Shown here one piece after another: positions 13,071 through 23,689 of a stretch of DNA of 64,000 bases. The stretch lies in NCBI GenBank assembly GCA_013239625.1, contig MU054323.1:1302001-1366000 (forward strand), written 5' to 3'. Positions within the stretch are counted from its first letter, which is position 1; each line of letters opens with the position of its first letter. Under the pieces are notes generated by a model that saw only the letters and a program-made list of their open reading frames with translations, made no database searches and had not been told where the DNA came from. This stretch comes from Lama guanicoe. Its lineage: Eukaryota. Both the position numbers and the translations under genes were made by a program.

Positions 13071-14354
13071 CAAAATACAGTGCAAATGAATCCATAAGGA
13101 AAGAATTAAAAGGCTGCCCAGAGAAAATGACATTTCAAAACAACCTCCACAGATTCTCAGAACTTTCATAAATGTTCTTCCAATAACAACAAAAAAAAGT
13201 GCTCTCTGTTACTTATTCTTCATATCTGCAAAATGGGGACAATGTCTATTCCATTTTTATTTCTGGTTAGCTGTACGATTCAAAGAACAGAATATATTTC
13301 TCTTGGAAAAATAAAAGAACAAAAGCAAGAACAGGCTTACATGATATCATCAATGAATGGGCATAGAGCATAACACTTTCAAGAAATGTTAAGTAGAAAT
13401 AATTTTTAAATTAATAATAGGTTCAAAGGAAATAGTAGGTCTTAGATTAATAATAGTAGGTCTAAAAGAAAAGACATAATAATAGGTCTAAAAAAATAGG
13501 TCTGAAAGAAACACTGTGCAACACACCACAACTATGAATGCTCCAGTAAACACAACCCAAATATAAGAAAAATTGGGACTGAAGATCTAAGTTCTCCCAA
13601 AGGAGCAGCACTGCCGTGGTCATCTGCTGGCACTGAGCTCTGAGCAGAATAAAGCACCGGGAGCCAGCGATAGAGGCCTCGCCTCAGCTCTGCACCTCCA
13701 ACCCAAGAGGATGCATGAATTTGAGCACGCTACTTCCCCTGTCTTGTTTTCAGCTTCTTCATATGAAAAAGCCCAATCAGCCACCACTCTTTCTTCTGTA
13801 TCACGAATCCTCATTGAGTGCTGGGGCTCAATGATTGCAAATACTTTTAGCTCTAGAATTTTGAGCATTCTCCATCTCTTGAGCCAGGGGCTTGTCTCCT
13901 TAAAGAAAAATACCAGTGCCTCCGGAACAAAGAGTAAAGAAGAGGCAAAGCATTATTACCAAATCCTGTGGGTTCCATTTCTTAGATTTCTCTCATGTCC
14001 ACTGTCCCCTAGTCCACGTGTTCACAGCCATGGATCTGATTCAAGTTCTTATCCTCTCTCATCAATATTCTGCCTATAATGCAGAAGACTCATAACTGAC
14101 CTCTTTCCACCAGTCTCTTTAGACATGTGCAAAACTTTCATCTCACCCCCAGAGTGATCTTACTAAGAAGTAATTTCATTACTTCAGTGCCTGTTCTGAA
14201 ACACTGTGACAAAATATAAGGTGACACTGAAGCACCTTCTGAGCTTGGAGCTCAAATGATCTTCTGAAGAAAAACAAGTGAAATGGTTATATTATAGATG
14301 AGACTGATCATCTCTACTAAAACAAGATCATTGTAGGATGATCAGGCAGGAACA

Positions 14355-14755
14355 GTATTTTGTTTGAGTTGTCCTAAGAGAAGATTCTGAGGCAAGAATT
14401 TGGGTAACAAGTATTGTGAAGAATGGATAAGTGGCTTATAAATTGGAGGAAAGCCAATAAATGTGCATTAACAAATTGATTAAGGCACAAACGCACTGGG
14501 GAACTTCTATGATGATGTGGAACACAGATCAGAATTGTTGCACTGACAGGTAAGAAAGCTGGGATCCACCAACTCCTGACCCTCATTAGCCAGAGAGTCA
14601 TTCCCAGGACTTTAATTCCCCCCAGAACTCTCCTTCTAGTGAAGGCCAAGCATGCTCCCAGATAACAACTTCACAAAGAGAAAGGCAAGAAAGAAATGTC
14701 CATAGAAGAGACCTATGGGGTGCACCAAGGAGATATGATTAGGGCAGTGAAAACT
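14355..14755 (-). mobile_element. Old ERVL-class solo LTR (LTR33/LTR16-like)
   Basis: 'gaagattctgaggcaagaatttgggtaacaagt' and 'ccaccaactcctgaccctcattagccagagagtcattccc' resemble reverse-strand LTR33. Same pattern as at 60.8-61.4 kb. Confidence 0.55.
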
Positions 14756-15789
14756 GAATAAAAGAGAAAGTAATCATCTTTTAATGGTATTATCAGATCA
14801 GAAGAAAGAACATCAAGAGAAGAAAAGAGATCTGCATGGAGGCTAGTAACAGGGTATCAGAGAGCAACATACAAGTATTTGGCCAAACATTTAGAAGCAG
14901 AAAAATCTTAAATCAGTGTAATTTCAGTGAATGCAGACGACGTCTCCCCTACAGCACTTTACCAATAATAACATCATCTGTAATCTGTCACCTACTATGG
15001 CAGGCACTTTGTTAGACACTGAGTGCTTTATGTTTATCACCTCCCCACAACAACCCAGGAAATGAAGAAACTAAGATGTGAGTGCATTCACTGAAGTTGC
15101 AAAGTCACCAAGCTAGTAATGTCAGCCCCTCACTGATCTGTGATCTTGGACACATTGGACTTAAACTCTCCCACTAAACAGCTGTGGCTTCACGGCCTCA
15201 GTTTTCCTCACTGTAGAGGGAGAATATCATGCTCAGAGATCTCTAAAGACCGTTATAGCTCTGACAGCCTTATGCATCCTGGAACATCCTCGCCAAAATT
15301 CATACCTATATTAGACGTGCAGAATTGCGGTCCATTAAAATAGCAATCAAAATCTGACCTTTTTCCAATCCCCATGTCTATGGTTTTTCCACTAACTTGT
15401 CCTTTTTCCATATATTTAAGAAGTATGTCAAGTTTTGACAGAAATGTTTCTCAAGATTATGTTGTTCCCTTTGTTCTAATACCACATTCATATCATGATC
15501 TCCACTCTCTAATGCTAGGCAAAAACTGGATATACAATGTAAAGTTTATTCAGTTCAGTTCAACATACATTTACTGATTTCCTATTCTATGAGCCAAGCT
15601 GTATGCCAGACACATTTGGCAGCACAGGGATAGATAAAGCATGATTCTTGCCTTCAAGAGATTTGTAACATTGTAGTAAAAGACAAAAGTGATATTTAAA
15701 AAGTTCTTTCTCATCCATTATCTTTAATCAGTAAGATAATACAATAAATATCTATACAATATAATGGTGACAACTATAGATTATTTTCC

Positions 15790-16500
15790 CCTTATCCTTT
15801 ACCTAGAGTTTTACTGATGTCATTTCATGGTTAATACCACAATTCATAAGTGTATATTTGGAATAAATATTCTCAATAATTTGCAGAATCCTCTTATGAA
15901 TCATGTCCTATGGAGAAAGAACTACTGTGATTGGAAGGATGAAATGAAAGCATTGACACTACCCCATCCTTATCAAAATATAATCCAAAATTCAAAATAT
16001 AATTCAAAAGAAAGCTTTTATTACTTGAGAAACCATAGAACTGCCACCATAAAATACTTGGAAGATGCATATGGGATGATTCCTAGCAGATCCCTCATTC
16101 AACTCTGGTTTGGTCCGTTCAAAACATTGATGAGAACAGAAAATTGGTGACAATGCCTATTGCAGCTGCTTCCATATTGGCTTCCTTACTGGAGTTAACT
16201 GCACCTAGTTAGCAGTTATGGATGGAGCAAATGCAATTTTATCCGTTCCCATAAACAAATAACACTCAAAGTAGTCTGCTTTCACTTGGTGAGGCAAAAA
16301 GTATACCTTTAGTGTCCTAGGAATAACAGCTCTCAGTTGTTCACTCCCAAATTCTGTGCCACAATTCAGTTCCCAGGAACCTCTCATAGGCCTGTGGGAT
16401 ATCATGCTGATTCACTCCATTAAAGAGATTTTATTGATGGAACATAGAGCAGCAAGTTACTTAAGAAAAAAGTGTAGTGTTTGGTGGACACTGTTAGATG
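15790..16500 (+). pseudogene. Degenerate ERVL (class III ERV) pol reverse-transcriptase fragment
   Basis: Translation from 16218 gives MDGANAILSVPINK*HSK*SAFTW*GKKYTFSVL, against ERVL RT IDLANAFFSIPVHKAHQKQFAFSWQGQQYTFTVL as I recall it. Upstream TATIKYLEDA matches SATIKDLKDA. Downstream ILCHNSVPRNL matches ALCHNLVRRDL, and IMLIHSIKEILL matches ITLVHYIDDIML. Multiple stops and deletions. Confidence 0.85.
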
Positions 16501-18312
16501 AAAAAGGCAAGGTATAGATCACATGTAGGTGTTCTACTTGTTTCATTTTACCCAGAGACTTGAAAAGCTAACCACTTTAGATGGGGTCTACTGTAACAGA
16601 AGACAGTCAAGTCGATCCTGACTTCAGAGCAGATGGCTCTGAAATATGCCCTTATAACGAAGCACATCCATCAAAGCAGAGGTGCCTTCAGTTTTGGAGA
16701 ATAACCATATGTTCTACATCAAGTAAGCAATCTTCTTTTGAGAAATAGTTCCCAACTGACTACTAAGCTTGGAGGAAGGTTGAACTCACAATCATGAGAG
16801 CATGAGCTCTCCTCACCCATGAATAAGCAGACATTTCAGCAGGACCAACCCAGGATCATCCCAGGACATGAAATCAACACCAAAATCAGGGGTGACTACC
16901 CTTTTTCACACATGAATTACACAGAAAAACTAAGTTTGTGTTCATTTTTAGGCTTGCATTTTAGGAGCTGACTTGTTGCTTAGATAAGAAAGCATGAACC
17001 TTATTGTTCAGCATTCTATGGAAACTACAGGTTATCTCAACTGCATAATGCTATAGCTCTCCTCTCCAACCTGAGCTTTCTGTCCTGCAATTGTGTTTTC
17101 TTTGCAGCCACATTCTCTGTAAAATTAGCATTTGTCTGCTCACTGGATAGTAGAACATTGTTATTAAACACTCCTCGGTGAATTTTAAAAAGCACACACT
17201 TTCTTTTTGGAGTTAAACTAAAACCAAAACCTCATTTCATATCATTATGACAATCCCTGTGAAGCCCTATTAAATATGATGCTGCAGAAGCAGGAGCTAA
17301 TGATAATTGCTATTTAATGGCATCAAGTTCAATTCCATTGCAAAGAACACCCTCCAGAAATTATATCCCTAGCAAGGGGAAATATTTGAACTGGCTAGCA
17401 TTTGTAGCTAAGTAATGTGGTTAGAATAAAATTGTTAAATGGTGACAAGCAAGTCAGCTCAAGGGAGAGGAAGTCAGGGGAAGTCAGCATCCACAGGTAT
17501 CCTGATAATCTGGTTCTCAGCCATTTGTTTGTTGGCTTGTTTTTAAATCTTGAAATGCTTTAATTATATACACTGCATAACACAAAGGGGAAAATGCAAC
17601 CAACTTCATAGCCTGAGGATTCCTAGTGGTGTTATTATTGATACTACTAATAACATACAACATAATGATGAAAAATACAAGATGTTCAATTCTAGATGTG
17701 AATCCTGGTAACATCCTGGCTGTGTCATGAGGAGAAAGTTACTTAACCTCTCTGAGCTTCAGGACTGGCTTATGTTTTAAATGAAACAACATAGGTTAGA
17801 TGCTTGCCACAGCACTAGACACCAACCAAACTTTCAGCAAACAAAACCTGTTTTTGGTGTCTTCTGTGGTCACTGCTGGCAAAGATGCCCCCAGGGGTTC
17901 CCTAAAATAGTTTAGCTTAAACTGGGAATAAGGAAAAGGCTCAGCGTGATGGGAAAAACTAAAGCATTATAGTGGTGATTAGCATGCACTCTCCCCTGTT
18001 TATTTCCCTAAGGAGATCTAAAGAGTTCTTTTCTAGCCCGAGGTCAATTCCACATAATAAAAAATGGAGCTACACTGAGGAGGCTTTGAGCCTCTCGGGA
18101 AAAAGGAGGCTATCTGAACTGCTGAAGCTCAGCTGCCTAAATACAAGCAAGACAGCTGGTGGGAAAGGGAGTCAGGGGAAGTCAAAGGATAATACATAGT
18201 GTGAAATCTGATGTGCATGTACAGCCACAGTCTGGAGAAGTTTCCAGCCTCTTCTGCGCTCGGTCTAATCACCTGGTTTGACAAAGAAAATCTTTGCCCC
18301 AGGGGATTCTAT

Positions 18313-18360
18313 AAAAAGGTTCAGGGAATACATTTAAAAAAAAAAAAAGGTTCAGGGAAT
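18313..18360 (+). mobile_element. Ultra-short retrotransposition insertion (ACATTT + poly-A) with perfect 17-bp TSD
   Basis: AAAAAGGTTCAGGGAAT occurs at 18313-18329 and 18344-18360, flanking ACATTT(A)8. Confidence 0.7.
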
Positions 18361-19346
18361 GAATGTTCTAGTGAGCTCCAAAAGCCTCCAAATGCTCTTT
18401 GGGGGGGAAACAGAGTTAGAGGTATTTTTCTTCAGCTCAGATGGAGAAGGACATGCACACTGTTACACATTTAGCCCCTATTTGTAGAAGTAATGCTACA
18501 CGCTTCATCCTTAAGCCTGTGATGACCATTGTGAACAGCAGTTTTTCCGCTTCCATTTTAAATAATACTTGGTAACATTTACTGAGCACTTATAATGCTT
18601 CAGGCACAAACTCTTTAAAGAAACACAGAATTTGTATCTGAGGGAGCACGGTCAAGATATAAGGAGCTCTCCCGGAGACTCTGTAACTGTTCTGTCACAT
18701 GTCCATACATGTGAATGTTGCTCAGGTTCTCATAAGGCCACACACAGAAAGGAAGGATTCTGCAGCTCTACCGTCACAACAGCCTCCAGTTATTCAGACT
18801 CTTTCAGATTAGCCTTTCCTTAGTGAAGAATTTGTTCTCTGTTACCAAGCCCACAGACAGCCTTCTATCACACTGCAGTTATTACCTTGATTTTCCACTC
18901 TTTGGCCAGCTGCAGTGTTAGGGTCAGCAAGTTCTGTGCATTTTAAAGCTCATGAAAAGATTGGCACTTCACCTCGTGGACTTGCTGCTTCTTGAAATAC
19001 TGACAGTTAACTTAAGTCCTAGTTATGATTAACGACAACCTGGTAGTGGTTTTACATAGCACATTTCATCTCCAGATAACAAAAGACTCTGTAAAAACTG
19101 TCTCACAGTCCCTCCCAGCAGGATGGAAAGATTTAAGAAGCATGCCCAGCAAACAGTACTGAAAGGAAAAATAGAAATCAAGTTCCTCTGGGTTTAAGCC
19201 ACTGCATCTATGCACGGAGCCAGGATGCCTCCCCATAAGGCAGAGGCATGAGAGCAAGGCGTGTAGAAGCTCCTGGCACAGATGGGAAGAACTGCAGTCC
19301 TACTGCTTCACAAACTGGCCCCCATGCCCAGAAGGCAAGGAGAGAC

Positions 19347-19687
19347 TGAAGAGAGAGGCAGACCCCTCCAGACCAGTAGATGGGAGATTCAATAAGAAAG
19401 GGAACTTACTTATGAGGCTTGTCTTGGGTGCTGCAAGAGAGTAGATCCTCATATCCAGGCACCAGTGTCAAGTTTATATAGAGGCCTTACCCAGGTTCAT
19501 TTGCATATACCCCCAGATGATCTCAACAACATGTTGCTCTCTTAAGACAGCATCCTTGAAATGACCCTGGAAATTGCAGGTGAAACCTATATTCCAAGGA
19601 CAGGGGAGAGGGTAAGAAACCTGCAATTGCCCAGGTCTGCTCCCAGGTCAACGAGAGGTCACGTCCTCTCAATTACCTCCTCCAACA
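19347..19687 (-). mobile_element. ERV solo LTR, family uncertain (MER74/MER73-like?)
   Basis: TG...CA termini (tgaagagag...tccaaca), ~340 bp, TATATAAA on the minus strand at 19473-19480. No clear TSD. Confidence 0.55.
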
Positions 19688-20259
19688 AATACTTCTCTTT
19701 TCTTTGGTCTCTCAAAACCTATTTGCAGCTTTGAAACAGATGCATTAGTCAGGTGGGACTACTATTATTCCAGTTATTGATCAAGGATCCTGAAAAAGGC
19801 TTAGACAGTTGTTACTAGTTTGGGGTTTTGTGGTTTATTTATAAGCAAGCAGTTTTGTCATTTTTGTTTCTAGATCAACAGTAATCAGAGAGAGACTCAT
19901 TTTGTGTGTTTGAACTGGGCAGAAGTTCAAGACCTACATTACAGGCACACTGAAAGTACAATGACTCCAAACTCTGCTTCTTTCTCAAACCCCATTAACT
20001 TTTCCTCCAAGATGGAAAAGATGCTTTTGAGAGCTATTTAGGACAAATTCTGACTCAGCCTTTTTAGCAGAGAGAGAGGCCAAAGAATTCAGTAGAAAAA
20101 GCTCTGAACTCTTAGAAGAGGTGATTTCAAGCCTCGCTTCAAACCTGGCTTTCCATGGGACAGGTTTTTTAATCTTCCAATGGGCTGTCTCCTGAAAATA
20201 GAATAAAAATTCTGTTCCAAGAATATTAAGGAATATATTTTTTAAAAAAAAATCAAGTT

Positions 20260-22936
20260 GAGTCAGAGATTGGCCAAAATGGAAGGAGTAGAAAGATCTT
20301 GAGTTCACGTCCTCTCATGGGTAAACCAAAATTACAACTATTTACAGAACAATCATCAATGAAAAATACAAGAACCTATCAGAAAAAGATCTTCTACAAC
20401 TAAAGAAATAAAGGAGGAACCACAATAAGATGGGAAGGAGGGGCAGAGTCATGGTATAGCCAAGTCCCACACCCCTAGGTGGGCAACCCACAAATGAAGG
20501 AATAATTACAATTGCAGATGTTGTCCCCAAGAAGTAAGGGGTCCCAGCCCCACAGCAGGGTCCCCAGCCCAAGGGTCCTGCACTGGGAAGATGAGCTCCT
20601 AGAGCATTTAGCTTTGAAGGTCAGCAGGACTTACTTTCAGGAGTCCCAGAGGGCTGTGGGAAATAGAGACTCCACATCTAAAGGGCACACACAAAATCTC
20701 CCATGCTCCAAGACCCAGGGCAGAAGCAGTAATTTGAAAGGAGCCTGGATCAGACCTCTCTGCCGATCTTGGAGACTTTCCTGAAGAAGCAGGAGGCAAT
20801 TAGAGCTCACCCTGGGGATACAAACACTGGAGGCAGCCACTCTGGGGAGCCTGTTCTACTACATGGACACTGGTGCTGACAAGGGTCATTTTGGAATCCT
20901 CCCTCTAGCTTATTAGCCTGAGGACCCAGCCCCACCTCCACCAAACTATAGGCACCAGAACTAGAACAGCTCAGGCCAAGCAACTAATTGGGTGAGGACA
21001 TAGCCTTACCCACTGCTGGACAGGCTGAGCTCATAGCCATCCCTAGAAATGGCTCTGCCCACCAGAGGACCCAAGACCAGGCTTCACACACCTGTGTGCA
21101 AGCACTAGAACTGAGACCCCCTAGGGTCCTGCAGTCAGAGAACTGGGGACCCAGTTCCACCCACCAGTGGGCAGGCACCAGCCCCAGAATCCCCTGGGCC
21201 CTGGCACCACCCACCAGCAAGCCTGTTGTATCCTTGGGACCAGCTTCATCCAAAAGCAGGTGGACAGGAACCCCAGGATAACCTCAGCTTCTCAGCCTGC
21301 TGACCAATCCTACCCATCTGCAGGCTAGCACCAGCCCTGAGACCAGCAGAGCCTCAGTCCCACCCACCAGCTAGCCTGCTCTAGCCTTCAGACAAGCCTC
21401 ACCCACTAGCAGGTATACAGCAGCTACAGGACAATGACAGATCCACAGGCTGTGGACTCAGCCTGCCCACCAGCAAACCAGCACCTGCTCTGGGACCTGC
21501 TGGGCCCGACCGAGCTCCATCCACCAGCAGGTCAACACAAGCTTCAGGACACCCTGGACCCCCAGAGCCAGCTGTGTCAGGAACCAGTGGATCTGACACC
21601 AGCTCTGGGCCCCTGAGTCCTGCAGCCAGACACCAGGACCCAGCTCTAACTACCAGTGGGCCAGCACTAGCCACAGGACCTGGATTCACTCACTCACTAG
21701 TGGTCCGGCACCATGTAGGTGAAACACTCTTTGAAATAAATCATAGCAATATTTTTTGGATTTGTCTCCTAAGACAAAGGAATCAAAAGCAGAAATAAAC
21801 AAATGGTGCCTAATTAAACTTAAAAGCTTTTACACAGCAAAAGGAAACCATCAACAAAACAAAAAGACAACCCACTGAATGGAAAAAAAATTGCAAATCA
21901 TATAACCAATAAGGGGTTAATATTCAAAATATATAAACAGTTCAAAAAAGTCAGTATTAAAAAAACTAACAACTCAATTAAGAAATGGGCAGAAGATCTA
22001 AATAGATATTTTCAAAAGAAGGCATACAGGTAGCCAACAGGCACATGAAAAGATGCTCAACATCACTAATTATCAGAGAAATGCAAGTCAAAACCACAAT
22101 GAAATATCACCTCACATCTTTCAGAGTGGCTATCATCAAAAAGATCACAAATAACAAATGCTGGCCAAGATGTAGGGAAAAGAAAACCTTTGTACACAGT
22201 TGGTGGGAATGTAAATTGGTATAGCCACTGTGGAAAACAGCATGGAGGTTCCTCAAAAAACTAAAAATAGACCTGTCATATGATCCAGCAATTCTACTTC
22301 TAGGTATATATCCAAAGAAAACAAACATTAATTTGAGAAGATAAATGCACCCCAATGTTCATAGTAAAATTATTTACAATACCTAAGATATGGAAGCAAC
22401 CTAAGTGTCCATCAATAAATGAATGGATAAAGAAGTGGTAAATACATATATATAATGAAATACTACTTGGCCATTAAAAAGGATTAAATTTTGCCATTTG
22501 CAACAACATGGATAGACCTGGAGGGTATTATGCTTAACAAAATAAGTCAGACAGTGAAAGACAAATCCTGTATGATATCATTCATATGTGGAATATGAAA
22601 AATAAAATAAACTAGTGAATATAACAAAAAAGAAACACATTCATGGATATAGAACAAACTAGTGGTTACCAGTGGGGAGTGGGAAAGGTAGGAAGGGGCT
22701 AGATAAGAGTACAGTATTAAGAGGTACAAACTACTATGTGTAAAATAAATAAGCTATAAGGATATATTGTACAGTACAGAGAATATAGCCAACATTCTAT
22801 AATAACTATAAATGGAGTTTAATTTTTAAATATTGTGAATCACTATGTTGTACACCTATAACATATATAAATTATAAACCAACTATACCTCAATAAAAAT
22901 ATTTAATTAAATTTAAAAGAATAAATACTAAAAAAT
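20260..22936 (+). mobile_element. L1 with complete 5'UTR fused to distal ORF2 and 3'UTR (ORF1 and most of ORF2 missing)
   Basis: Starts with an L1 5'-end motif 'gagattggccaaaatggaaggagtagaaagatcttgagttcacgtcctctc'. GC-rich repetitive UTR runs to ~21712, then switches abruptly to distal ORF2 ('taggtgaaacactctttgaaataaatcatagcaatattttttgga'), 3'UTR, AATAAA and an A-rich tail. Degenerate TSD: AAAAAAAAATCAAGTT (20244-20259) and AAAAAAGAATCATGTT (22937-22952). Confidence 0.9.
20930..21712 (+). repeat. Degenerate tandem array in the L1 5'UTR (core CCCACCAGYRGGCNGGCACCAGC)
   Basis: 'cccaccag' or close variants recur about ten times (e.g. ~21058, 21160, 21211, 21363, 21466, 21521, 21651). Confidence 0.8.
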
Positions 22937-23689
22937 AAAAAAGAATCATGTTTATATAGTGAGAGACATGATAATTTTGGTGCTATATATTTTTGGTAGA
23001 GAAGGATAACCAATTGTGCATCAATACTGAATGCAACAAAATGAAACTGAAAAATGAAAAAATGATAAACAAAAATTACACATTTTTTAAAAAGAGAAAA
23101 AATTTGTTCTATTCCAGCTTCTCTCCTAAGAACTATTATGTATATTAGATCACCAGGATAAAAATGTATCAGATTCTTTCAAGGAAAATGATGGCCACCA
23201 GAAAAAATTTAAAATATTTAATAAAGATCAGTGGATGAATTTTATTTAGCATGTAGTATGTACAAAGCAGTGGGTACCAGAAAGGAAAATAAAAGTGTGA
23301 AACACAGTTCCTGCTTTCTGTATTCCATAAGCTTGCCTTAGAAAACAGACAAGCACATCCCTAAAACGTAATTGAAAACCAACCTATGCTGTATAGCTTG
23401 TGAATAGAGATACAAGTGTCATAGGAAATACATGTGAAAGAGAGAACATAGAAGGCATAGAAGGGCTTGTGAAATTAAAGATGAAATAGAAGGAAAATGG
23501 AAAAACCAAGGTAGGAGGGATACTTAAGCAATGCTGAGGTATTAAGAAAATATAGGGCTCACTGGGGGCAACTGTACACCAGTTTGCTGGAGATGAAGAT
23601 TGTTTGCACAAGTATAATAATAAAACAGAAAAGATAAATGGAAGGCTTAGAATGTCAGTTTATGATTCAGGCTCTATTGCACATACACA

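Noticed and set aside
13620..14079. Overlapping 82-aa and 122-aa ORFs in unique sequence
   Set aside because: No recognisable homology and no convincing pair of splice sites.
20342..21798. Cluster of overlapping ORFs on both strands (possible ORF0-like antisense ORF)
   Set aside because: They lie in the GC-rich repetitive L1 5'UTR, where stop codons are rare. No recognisable protein.
7960..22936. Similarity between 7960-8640 and ~22190-22900 as a segmental duplication
   Set aside because: These are independent insertions of related L1 3' ends with unrelated flanks. The same applies to 24.9-26.0 kb versus 48.3-49.7 kb.
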